IMG/VR virus record: IMGVR_UViG_3300042691_003004
From: an uncultured virus (IMG/VR IMGVR_UViG_3300042691_003004)
Taxonomy: Duplodnaviria; Heunggongvirae; Uroviricota; Caudoviricetes
Reading direction: 5' to 3' (one strand)
DNA: 64,000 nucleotides
The notes under the pieces were generated by a model. It worked only from the letters and a program-made list of their open reading frames with translations, ran no database searches and was not told where the DNA came from. Every line of letters begins with the position of its first letter. Position 1 is the first letter of the stretch. Both the position numbers and the translations under genes were made by a program. Shown here one piece after another: positions 56,187-64,000 of the stretch.

Positions 56187-57071
56187 CTACGGAAGCGCTG
56201 ACACAAACGACGCGGTGAGGATCACTGAAGGGGACGCAGGGTGTTCGGAGCCCGGAACAACGCTCGGTGGGTACGTCGCAATCACGGTGTTGCCAGAATC
56301 AGAAGTCACCATGAGTTCAATATACTGTCCGGCGAGCACATCCACAATGAGGTTCCAAGAGGTGATCATCGCGCCGGGATTAGAGCCATGCTTGGACGGA
56401 ACCGTCACCACACCAGCGGTGTTTGAAATATCTACCCCATCCTTGCGGAACCACATTACCACGTTGTCTTCAGAGGTCGTGAAGTTCAATAGCTGCGCAC
56501 TAAACTGAATGTTGAAGTACCCCGGCTTGAGAAAAACCACATGGGTGTTGTTCAGTGGGTCAAGCTCCACGTCATAGCTTGCGTCAGTTACCGTGAATGC
56601 AATAGATAGGGCCGCCGAAGGTAGGGGAACTATCTGCGCCTCAGAGATCGCTGTACCTGACAAATGCGCAGAGCTACTCGTACCCTTCGCACCGCGAGTA
56701 ATTCCAGTAAACGTGGTTGCCGTTTTCCCCGTATAGAGGATGACTTCATTCTCAATGATAAGCCCCCCGGCGTTCAAAAAGCCAGCGGTTGACACCACCG
56801 GAATCGGCGTAGTTGTGCCGTTGCCGATGTTTGCGGTCAGGGTTGTATGCCCGTCCTGATGGAATGCCCCGTGCGGGAATTTGATGATCGACCCGTCGTT
56901 GGCCCCAGACGTTTGCAACTGATTCAGCGTCGCGCTCAGGCGGTTGAAGTACAGACGCAGAATGTTGTTAAGCTGGTCCTGGTACGCACGCTCGTACTGA
57001 TTCGTGGCCACCGGCAGGGCGGGCGGAGCCACCCGGCTGAGGAGCGTTTCCGTGGTGACAATAAACGTCAT
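56187..57071 (-). CDS. Tail-associated protein
   Basis: QLNNILRLYFN helix followed by beta-rich domain; follows nozzle gene. Confidence 0.55.
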   Translation of the reverse strand: MTFIVTTETLLSRVAPPALPVATNQYERAYQDQLNNILRLYFNRLSATLNQLQTSGANDGSIIKFPHGAFHQDGHTTLTANIGNGTTTPIPVVSTAGFLNAGGLIIENEVILYTGKTATTFTGITRGAKGTSSSAHLSGTAISEAQIVPLPSAALSIAFTVTDASYDVELDPLNNTHVVFLKPGYFNIQFSAQLLNFTTSEDNVVMWFRKDGVDISNTAGVVTVPSKHGSNPGAMITSWNLIVDVLAGQYIELMVTSDSGNTVIATYPPSVVPGSEHPASPSVILTASFVSALP

Positions 57072-58912
57072 TAACGTCTCCCGTCAGGACGCATGTCCAG
57101 ACGTGGTGCGCCAAGTTGCCACGTCACACCCAGCGCCGTTGATTCCAGCTTGATAGACAACTGCCGCCCTCGCACCCGCGTGTAAATCTGCCCTGTGTAG
57201 GCTTCAATCGGCAACACCGCCGTGCGTACAACCTGTGCGTTGTTTGACCCAGATACCGAAGGAGGATTGGTGTACCCCGAACCTGAGTTACGTAAAGGCA
57301 GCAGGTACATGGTTGCCGATGGGTTGCTCACAACTGATCCACGGAACGTCAAATCCGGCAACACCCGCCAGATGTAGGCAAACGTGTGCCCATCATCGAG
57401 GTCAAACTCCGAAGACGTGATGTACGCAGGGATCGGCTGCGGGGTTGACGTGGTAGCGTCGTCAACGCCAATCTCGTGATACACGAGGTTGTTTGCGTAC
57501 GTTGCAGCCAAGGGGTAGTCCAGCGTACCCACATCAATCCACGCTGTACGCGCCAAGCTACCGTAGTACCAGATGTCTTCGAGGTAGTTGTACACCACGT
57601 ACAAATCGTTGTAGTTAGACCCCGCAGATGGGTAGAACCACCAAATCTCATTAAAGCCCTCATTAGTACCGCAACACACTTGGTCAAGCTGGTTTAAGTT
57701 AATGTTGCTATACACGTGGTTGCGCAAGTCACAACGTAAGGTCTGTGTGCGACCATCGTATTTATAAAATTTATCAACCCCCATCCAGAAGGCAGTACCG
57801 CTACCATACGCAACAGCATTCTGACTAACGATAGAGATGTTTTCACCAACAAGCTGCGCACCCCAGCCTTCTTGTGCGCCGATGAACTGAAGCGAATACA
57901 ACGACGAATCAGTCCACGTCAAAATTTCTTGGCGAGCTTGTAAGGCCGTGATGATGCGCGAACCCCGCGATAACCGCAGACTGCCCGCCTGTGTAGTTGC
58001 AGAAGGAGTCCAGTTATTCGCATCCTCTTGGTCGGACCAGCGAATAAGCATCGTGTCCTGAATGACCGACGCGTAGTCATTACAACCAAACGCAAATACG
58101 AATCGGCTTACGTCTGAGACGAGCAAGTAGTTCTGAACAATCGGTACATCGGTGCCAGTAAGCGCGGTTGCTCGAACTGCGACACCTGCGGAAGCATCCC
58201 AGTAATAAATTTTGCCCCCACGCGGGCCAAAGATCAGGTCTTCGCCAAAGTTGGACTGACTCCATAACCGAATCTGTGTTACCGATGGGGTGCCAATACC
58301 CCACGTACCGCTACCCCAGCCGCTAGAGCCCCAGCCACTGATAGGCGTTACGAACTCGGCACCTGGGGCGATTTCGACTTGCCCTGTGGCGGCGCTCAGG
58401 ACAACCCCGCTACTGCTAGCGTTTGTGCCTGTAACGAGATAAAACTCAGTGGTACTAACGATCTCATCACATAGGAAGTTACCGTCCATGTTGATGCCGT
58501 TGATAACCCCTGCTCCGGAGATTGTCACGTACGAGCCTGCCAAGAAGTTCACAAGCGCCGTGGCTTGTACGAGCACGCGGTTGTCACCTGACACTGTGGT
58601 GAAGTCAGCAACCGTAAAGTTGTCAGCGGGGTCGTACGGAGTGATGTCGTAGTACAGCCCGTTTGTCGACAGATAGAACTTGACGTGAGTACCTACTCCA
58701 ATCAAGCTCGCCCCGCCCAAGGTCACCCAGTTCCACAAGGATCGGCATACGCCCAAAAACGTACCGCTAGAAATCCTCTGCCACCCACCGATCTTCTCAG
58801 GGGTACCTTGGCGGAATCGAACCTTGTCACACGAATACCAACCACCCTCAGTCGTATATCGCGTGTTTTCGCGGTTTACTCCCGGCTTCAGTAGGAATTT
58901 TTTGAGCGCCAT
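57071..58912 (-). CDS. Tail nozzle / DNA stabilisation protein (P22 gp10-like)
   Basis: 613 aa; IRWSDQED, EIWWFYPS, YVVYNY; beta-propeller-like. Confidence 0.7.
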   Translation of the reverse strand: MALKKFLLKPGVNRENTRYTTEGGWYSCDKVRFRQGTPEKIGGWQRISSGTFLGVCRSLWNWVTLGGASLIGVGTHVKFYLSTNGLYYDITPYDPADNFTVADFTTVSGDNRVLVQATALVNFLAGSYVTISGAGVINGINMDGNFLCDEIVSTTEFYLVTGTNASSSGVVLSAATGQVEIAPGAEFVTPISGWGSSGWGSGTWGIGTPSVTQIRLWSQSNFGEDLIFGPRGGKIYYWDASAGVAVRATALTGTDVPIVQNYLLVSDVSRFVFAFGCNDYASVIQDTMLIRWSDQEDANNWTPSATTQAGSLRLSRGSRIITALQARQEILTWTDSSLYSLQFIGAQEGWGAQLVGENISIVSQNAVAYGSGTAFWMGVDKFYKYDGRTQTLRCDLRNHVYSNINLNQLDQVCCGTNEGFNEIWWFYPSAGSNYNDLYVVYNYLEDIWYYGSLARTAWIDVGTLDYPLAATYANNLVYHEIGVDDATTSTPQPIPAYITSSEFDLDDGHTFAYIWRVLPDLTFRGSVVSNPSATMYLLPLRNSGSGYTNPPSVSGSNNAQVVRTAVLPIEAYTGQIYTRVRGRQLSIKLESTALGVTWQLGAPRLDMRPDGRR

Positions 58913-58921
58913 CTCGTCACC

Positions 58922-59386
58922 TTATGCGTGGAGCCCCGGCAAGTACACAGTTTTTCCGCCTTCTTTGACGGCTGTCAGGTCCTGTTTTTTCAAGTTTGCA
59001 GGGTCATACGACACATGCACCCACCCTGAATCCGGTACCCCACGAGTATAAAACTCAAGGATCAACTGTGTGTAGGATAAATTTGCCTTGATCCACTCGG
59101 CAAGCTCGTGGTTTGGGACCCCCGGAATCTCAATGTCGGCTGCTAGCCCCCGGCAGTGATCTGACGTACGCGACCCACCCACCCGAGCGTTCACATCTGG
59201 ACTCCGATACCCAGAATTCACCTTGACCCCTTTGGCGTAGTGATCACGCACAGGCTGAAGAACCTTCTCAGCCAACAGTTGCAAGTTGTCGATGACTTCC
59301 TGTGAGGGGGTGTTATCCATGTCATGGCGCAACGCTGTATCGCTCTTTACCATTTCCGCGAGGGTAAAGTTCTTGGTCAGGTTCAT
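58922..59386 (-). CDS. Endolysin, peptidase M15 family
   Basis: SGYRS..VN..VGG...SDH..GLAAD, WVHVS. Confidence 0.88.
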   Translation of the reverse strand: MNLTKNFTLAEMVKSDTALRHDMDNTPSQEVIDNLQLLAEKVLQPVRDHYAKGVKVNSGYRSPDVNARVGGSRTSDHCRGLAADIEIPGVPNHELAEWIKANLSYTQLILEFYTRGVPDSGWVHVSYDPANLKKQDLTAVKEGGKTVYLPGLHA

Positions 59387-59787
59387 TTACGGCTCCGCAT
59401 GTCTGCAAGTTTCTCAACCGTGCGCCCGCCAAAGTACGCTAAAAAGATGATCTGCCCCCACTGCCCAAGTAGCTGTACGTAGGACTCCTGCGCGTTGTAC
59501 CCATATGCGCTCATCATGGTGAACAAGAAGTACGCCACAAAGATGGCGATCAATGCCATGGGGCGGATGTTTTTTGACAGCCATGAGTCCGACGCCATGT
59601 CGGCCTTCCAACGATCTGACACGTTGTTCATCTCAGTCTTGAACAACTCAGTCTCGTTGGCCATCTTGGCCAACTCACCATCTTGAGCGAGCTTGGCTAG
59701 TTCCACTGCTGCTCGTTCTTTGGCCTCAGGGTCAGGGATGAGCTTGTCGATCAATTTACCAGCAAACGGTAGGAGGACGTTCAACAT
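59383..59787 (-). CDS. Holin (3TM/GTA-holin-like)
   Basis: IDKLIPDP, SWLSKNIRP, YFGGRT.EK; TM segments; adjacent to lysin. Confidence 0.75.
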   Translation of the reverse strand: MLNVLLPFAGKLIDKLIPDPEAKERAAVELAKLAQDGELAKMANETELFKTEMNNVSDRWKADMASDSWLSKNIRPMALIAIFVAYFLFTMMSAYGYNAQESYVQLLGQWGQIIFLAYFGGRTVEKLADMRSRK

Positions 59788-59788
59788 C

Positions 59789-60208
59789 TCAAGCTCCTCT
59801 GGACGTGACAACCTGATCGTCACCTCGGGTAACTGTGACCTTATCCCCCTCAACGATAACGCGCATTGGGGGTTCTTTACGATCAAGTCTATCGAGTTTG
59901 TCGATCAACTGTCGCATCACTTCAAACTCAGGTTTATCTTGCTTGGGGTTTGCCCCAGCAATACCATTTAGCATTGCAATTAACGCAGTCAACGCGGCGG
60001 AAACAAGCCCAATCACCGCAGCTATCTTTGATTCTTCCAGCAGCAAACTAGCGCCGACGCCCACAATAACTATCGCAGTGATATACGCTAGTCCATGTTT
60101 ACCAATTGCTTTACCTGCCACTTCTTTTGCAGATGACTGAGCCTCCAACCGATTGAGTTCGGCTTTCGCTTGTGCTCTAAGCAATTTGATATTTGGCGCT
60201 TCAAACAT
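59789..60208 (-). CDS. Two-TM membrane protein in lysis module
   Basis: Two hydrophobic helices. Confidence 0.6.
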   Translation of the reverse strand: MFEAPNIKLLRAQAKAELNRLEAQSSAKEVAGKAIGKHGLAYITAIVIVGVGASLLLEESKIAAVIGLVSAALTALIAMLNGIAGANPKQDKPEFEVMRQLIDKLDRLDRKEPPMRVIVEGDKVTVTRGDDQVVTSRGA

Positions 60209-60217
60209 ACCGCGTCC

Positions 60218-60667
60218 TTATGGCCTATCAGGCCAAATCACATCCCACGGAAACCCGGCCTGTTTGGTGATGTCACGCAGAGCTTGACGATAGACAGAGT
60301 AATTGGCCGGTATGGACGCACCTGTTTCAAACGCCCGAGCAACAACCCAATCAGTCTGTCGAAGCATTGCATCGCGCTCGTTGCGTACGGCGGTTGCTTT
60401 GACTTTTTGCTCGTTGATGATCTGGTCCGGCTCTTTGTTATGAACCTCCCAAACCTGCATCCATGTGCTACCGTTTTTAATCGGCGCACCCTCAATCACG
60501 TACTGCGTACGCCCAACAGATGGCATCGTCGCAGGCTCAACCTTTACAAGTCCGGGTGGCAAATGATGCGCTTCAACTTGTGTCGGGAAGCTGATATTGG
60601 GAAAGCGCTGCCGTAGGTCGATGATTGGGTACTCGACCACTACTTCTTCATTAACAAGTGCGTACAT
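60218..60667 (-). CDS. Second tail fibre assembly chaperone
   Basis: RNERDAMLRQTDW...YRQALRDITKQAGFPWDVIWP. Confidence 0.8.
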   Translation of the reverse strand: MYALVNEEVVVEYPIIDLRQRFPNISFPTQVEAHHLPPGLVKVEPATMPSVGRTQYVIEGAPIKNGSTWMQVWEVHNKEPDQIINEQKVKATAVRNERDAMLRQTDWVVARAFETGASIPANYSVYRQALRDITKQAGFPWDVIWPDRP

Positions 60668-60682
60668 GTTGCGTTCCTTTGC

Positions 60683-62836
60683 TTAAAGCGTATATGAAAA
60701 CCATATACGCCCGTAGTTGCCCGCTGCAAGCCCGATGTTGGCCCCCGGCGTAACCGTACCTACGGAATACGAAACAGGCTGTGTTGGGTAGTATTCCGTG
60801 GCCCCAAGCGCCGGAGACGATACCCGGTAAGTGACCCCAGGCGAAGACCCCCAAGACGCAGATAGCGTAGGTGTAGTCGATATGACACCAGTTCCATTTG
60901 TTTTGATGCCAATAGATATTTTTGGGGTACCAAACGTAAATACACCCGTAGGTTGAGAGTCAGACGCTCCACCAAGGTAGGACGACCCAGCAGTCCACCC
61001 CAACCCATTTGTGCTTGTTGCAACTTGCTGCGAGAAAAGACTTTCATAAAACGCAATAAATAGCCCAGACCCAAACCCAGTTGATGCTCGTGGGTCATAA
61101 GTTATGTTTAACGTCGTAGGCGCAGGTGCAGGGCTACCAAATGGCAACAAGGTAACAAACCACGAGGTACCATCTGTAGTATTTGCTATTTCGTTATTTG
61201 TAGTTCCTACGACTACGCACGTATTGTTCATAGCAACCGTGTACGGCGTTTGGAAGCCACTGAGAACACTTTGCAACGATAAATTTACTGCCCAACTTAT
61301 CGTAGTAGGTGGCGAATACGAACCAATACCTACCTCAGCGTTGTCAGACACCACTATGATGTTGTTTGTAGGTAGTTTAGCGATCCCAATTATTTTCCCA
61401 GTAACACCCGGCAATGCAGCAAGCTGCCATGAACCCGCCCCTAACGGGTTGAAGCGATATGCCACTACCCCAGCAGACAAACCAACAAACGTGCAGTCCA
61501 ACGCCTCGTCGTAGTACGCACTTCCAACAACTGTGTTGTTATACCCAAGTGACACCAAAGAGTTAAACAACAGCAAATCTTGCTGAAAATTAAATGGTGA
61601 CCCGGTGGTCATATATTGCACGCGCCCAGTACCTCCGGCAAAAACCGCACGAATGGTACCCGTGGGGGTTGCGGTAACAGGAGCGGCTACACCTGTGATG
61701 TTTGCGGTACCAAACATGGAGTAGTACCCACTAAATCCGTCGCTCACATCTCCACATGGAGATAGCCCGCCAGTAACTAACGTCTGCCCCCCATAAAAAG
61801 ATATATACAACGCACCGCCTTGTATCCAGCATTTAACTGGAGTTTCGGTAACGGGGTACCCATCATAGCGTTCGTTTATGGTGAACAAGTTATTGGCAGC
61901 AAACCACGTAACACCATAATCCCCAGAAACTGCGAGCGTTCCGTCACCACAAACTACAAAAATTGTTGAGGGGGATGCAGGATCAGCAGCCATAGCAATA
62001 GCGCGGCGCGTACCCCAATTAGCAGTTGTTTGCAGCGCTGTGGATAAAGTAAACGTCTGCCCGTCAGTGGATAGCGCAAGGACACCATTGTCCCCGGCAG
62101 CAAGGCAAGTGTTACCGTCAGTAGTCCACGCTGCGCAACGCAATGTAGTACCAATACCGCTTGGAATAACGGAACCAGACCAGTTAATGCCATCGACGGT
62201 ATAACGCACCCGCCCGTCCACCCCAAGCGCAGTGGTTACCCCCGCTTTACTTGCAAACGCGTATTTAGTAAATCCATCCCCATACGTGGTCGCATCAGAG
62301 AATGAAGCTGTGCCTGATGGGTACGTGTTTGAGTACTTTGCACCGCTTTGAGTTAGTAGAATCGCTCGTGGGTTTGCGTTACCAAACGTATTGGTGTGAA
62401 TAAACATGTCCGCGCTGTAATCAGCGTACGGTACAGAGTTTGTAATAAACGATGTATACCACGTATTGTTGGATGTGCTACGTGTAAACACACCCATTTG
62501 ATTGGTAGCCAACGATTGCACGTATACAAACTCCGTATACCCTGTATATTCCGCCCCTACGGTAACCGTCGGTTGAAACCCAAGCGTACCAATCACGTAC
62601 TTACGTAGATAGGGATCATACGTAGGTATAACCCCGCTGGGGCCACCGGGCACATACGTAGCCGCCCCAGCAAAATCACAAACCACACGAGTCCCACCCA
62701 TAGAACCACGAACCTGTGACAACCGCGCTTGGCCAAGGCTGTAGTTTTCTACGCTGTTCAAATTCCAGTACTTACCGATGTACACATCGGTGTTGTTGCT
62801 GGCAACTGCAAGGGCGGTGGAAAAGTACGTATTCAT
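60683..62836 (-). CDS. Receptor-binding protein with BNR/Asp-box-like repeats
   Basis: TVDGINW, STDGQTF, SGDYGVTW, TTDGTSW, STNGLGW. Confidence 0.7.
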   Translation of the reverse strand: MNTYFSTALAVASNNTDVYIGKYWNLNSVENYSLGQARLSQVRGSMGGTRVVCDFAGAATYVPGGPSGVIPTYDPYLRKYVIGTLGFQPTVTVGAEYTGYTEFVYVQSLATNQMGVFTRSTSNNTWYTSFITNSVPYADYSADMFIHTNTFGNANPRAILLTQSGAKYSNTYPSGTASFSDATTYGDGFTKYAFASKAGVTTALGVDGRVRYTVDGINWSGSVIPSGIGTTLRCAAWTTDGNTCLAAGDNGVLALSTDGQTFTLSTALQTTANWGTRRAIAMAADPASPSTIFVVCGDGTLAVSGDYGVTWFAANNLFTINERYDGYPVTETPVKCWIQGGALYISFYGGQTLVTGGLSPCGDVSDGFSGYYSMFGTANITGVAAPVTATPTGTIRAVFAGGTGRVQYMTTGSPFNFQQDLLLFNSLVSLGYNNTVVGSAYYDEALDCTFVGLSAGVVAYRFNPLGAGSWQLAALPGVTGKIIGIAKLPTNNIIVVSDNAEVGIGSYSPPTTISWAVNLSLQSVLSGFQTPYTVAMNNTCVVVGTTNNEIANTTDGTSWFVTLLPFGSPAPAPTTLNITYDPRASTGFGSGLFIAFYESLFSQQVATSTNGLGWTAGSSYLGGASDSQPTGVFTFGTPKISIGIKTNGTGVISTTPTLSASWGSSPGVTYRVSSPALGATEYYPTQPVSYSVGTVTPGANIGLAAGNYGRIWFSYTL

Positions 62837-62845
62837 TGCCCACCC

Positions 62846-63634
62846 TTACACGTAGTTGTTCAATACTGCGCCGTACCAAATACCTGATGCCGAAAAATCG
62901 GTAAACAAAAATAGGTTAAACGTATTCGAATTGATGATTGGCGCAGTGTTATTGGGCCAACGCACATTACCCGGCCACGTGATCGTCCCAGTGCCGGGGT
63001 TCACTAACAGCGCTAAAAAACTTACATTATCAGTGAGCCCTGACCCACTTGAAGGCGTTAAGGTTACAAACAACGGCCCGCCACCCGTATTCGGCATGTA
63101 ATAAAAATTAGACACTGAAGCGTTGAGTGTGATGCTACCTGCGGGGGGCAACAAAGTGTACGACTGCGTAGTCGCGCCGTTGACAACATCTAGCCCGCTG
63201 GACTCAAAATTTGTAGCGTAGTTGACAGCAAACGTAACCTGCGACCCCGTGCAAGACACGACCACAATCCTGCCGTTTGGGATAGCTAGCGTGGGCGCGA
63301 GCGGGTTTACTGTCGTAAAGTTAAGCACGTTCCCCGTGACATTTTGAATGATGTACACCTTGGGCTGATCAGGCGCAGTCAAGGTAAACGGAAGCCCCGG
63401 TGTGCCGTTACCAAGCTCAACAATAAGCGCGGCAGCACGAGCCTCATCGATGGTGCCGTCCACAGAGGTTAGCGTATGTGCGTTTGCCGTCCACGTCGTG
63501 ATATGAACGTGCCCAGTAATAGCCTGTTCAACCAACTCAGTGATCTGATCGTTGACCACCTGCCCCCAGAGGCCATCTAGTTCGCCCGTACCGGGTAATG
63601 CAAGTCGTAGCGATGGGGTATATTGAGTGCTCAT
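62846..63634 (-). CDS. Tail fibre adapter protein
   Basis: MSTQYT..LRL...G...G.WG N-terminus; ITWPGNVRWPNNTAP C-terminus. Confidence 0.65.
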   Translation of the reverse strand: MSTQYTPSLRLALPGTGELDGLWGQVVNDQITELVEQAITGHVHITTWTANAHTLTSVDGTIDEARAAALIVELGNGTPGLPFTLTAPDQPKVYIIQNVTGNVLNFTTVNPLAPTLAIPNGRIVVVSCTGSQVTFAVNYATNFESSGLDVVNGATTQSYTLLPPAGSITLNASVSNFYYMPNTGGGPLFVTLTPSSGSGLTDNVSFLALLVNPGTGTITWPGNVRWPNNTAPIINSNTFNLFLFTDFSASGIWYGAVLNNYV

Positions 63635-63643
63635 TTCGTTCCC

Positions 63644-64000
63644 TCAAACGGTGTCAACAATGACCCAGTTGTCATTGCTCGGGTTATAGACGTTTTGCCA
63701 GTTTGAAGACTGCGCGTTTACGACATTCTGCCACTGTCCATCTTGCGCGTCATCAATCAGTTCCCAGAGGTACACCCCGGTCTGCACCGCTAACGCTAGT
63801 GCAACTTCAACAACTTGCACGTTGTAAGTACTTCCATCCGCCGCTTCTGTCGCCATAGCGACCACGGATTCCAGAAGGTCCAAATACATATCAACCGTTG
63901 CCGCCACCACATCCGCCGCTGATGCGGATTCACTGATAAACGCAACGTACTCGGCAACGCCGTCCACGGCATCCACTGCCGTAACGGTTTCAGATATGGA
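63644..64000 (-). CDS. C-terminal part of repeat-rich tail protein (enters from right edge)
   Basis: ISETVTAVDAV repeat like that at 1-448; ends LWELIDDAQ..WQNV. Confidence 0.7.
   Translation of the reverse strand, partial: SISETVTAVDAVDGVAEYVAFISESASAADVVAATVDMYLDLLESVVAMATEAADGSTYNVQVVEVALALAVQTGVYLWELIDDAQDGQWQNVVNAQSSNWQNVYNPSNDNWVIVDTV

Overview
The window holds almost the whole genome of a dsDNA podovirus-like tailed phage, apparently circularly permuted. A repeat-rich tail gene appears to be split across the edges (N-terminus at <1-448, likely C-terminus at 63644->64000), suggesting a genome only slightly over 64 kb. The + strand arm (~17.9-39.2 kb) has host sigma70 promoters, a DUF3150-like/MoxR-AAA/VWA module, small ORFs, VRR-NUC, a Leu762-type family A DNA polymerase, a Cas4-like nuclease, HNH, SNF2 helicase, a putative SSB and a primase-helicase. 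The - strand arm has TerS/TerL, portal, GroES, a Tad2-like anti-defence protein, scaffold, major capsid, small basic proteins, adaptors, two tail-fibre/chaperone pairs, holin/endolysin, nozzle and giant internal virion proteins. No integrase, RNA polymerase, tRNA or CRISPR array was recognised. The most striking signals are outside the protein annotation. (1) A candidate ~68-nt sRNA at 39179-39246 has a linker perfectly complementary (16 nt) to the RBS/start of one replication gene and partly to three others. (2) Ten copies of the palindrome GTTAGGGA-N-TCCCTAACA punctuate the first 8.5 kb of the early arm. (3) A perfect chromosomal-type parS site lies inside the primase gene. (4) A double-pseudoknot RNA follows the capsid terminator. 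(5) Oppositely oriented heptamer arrays lie near the probable genome end or origin. (6) A [FYM][AK]xGG motif is shared by many virion proteins. All protein family calls come from motif recognition by eye; no searches were run.
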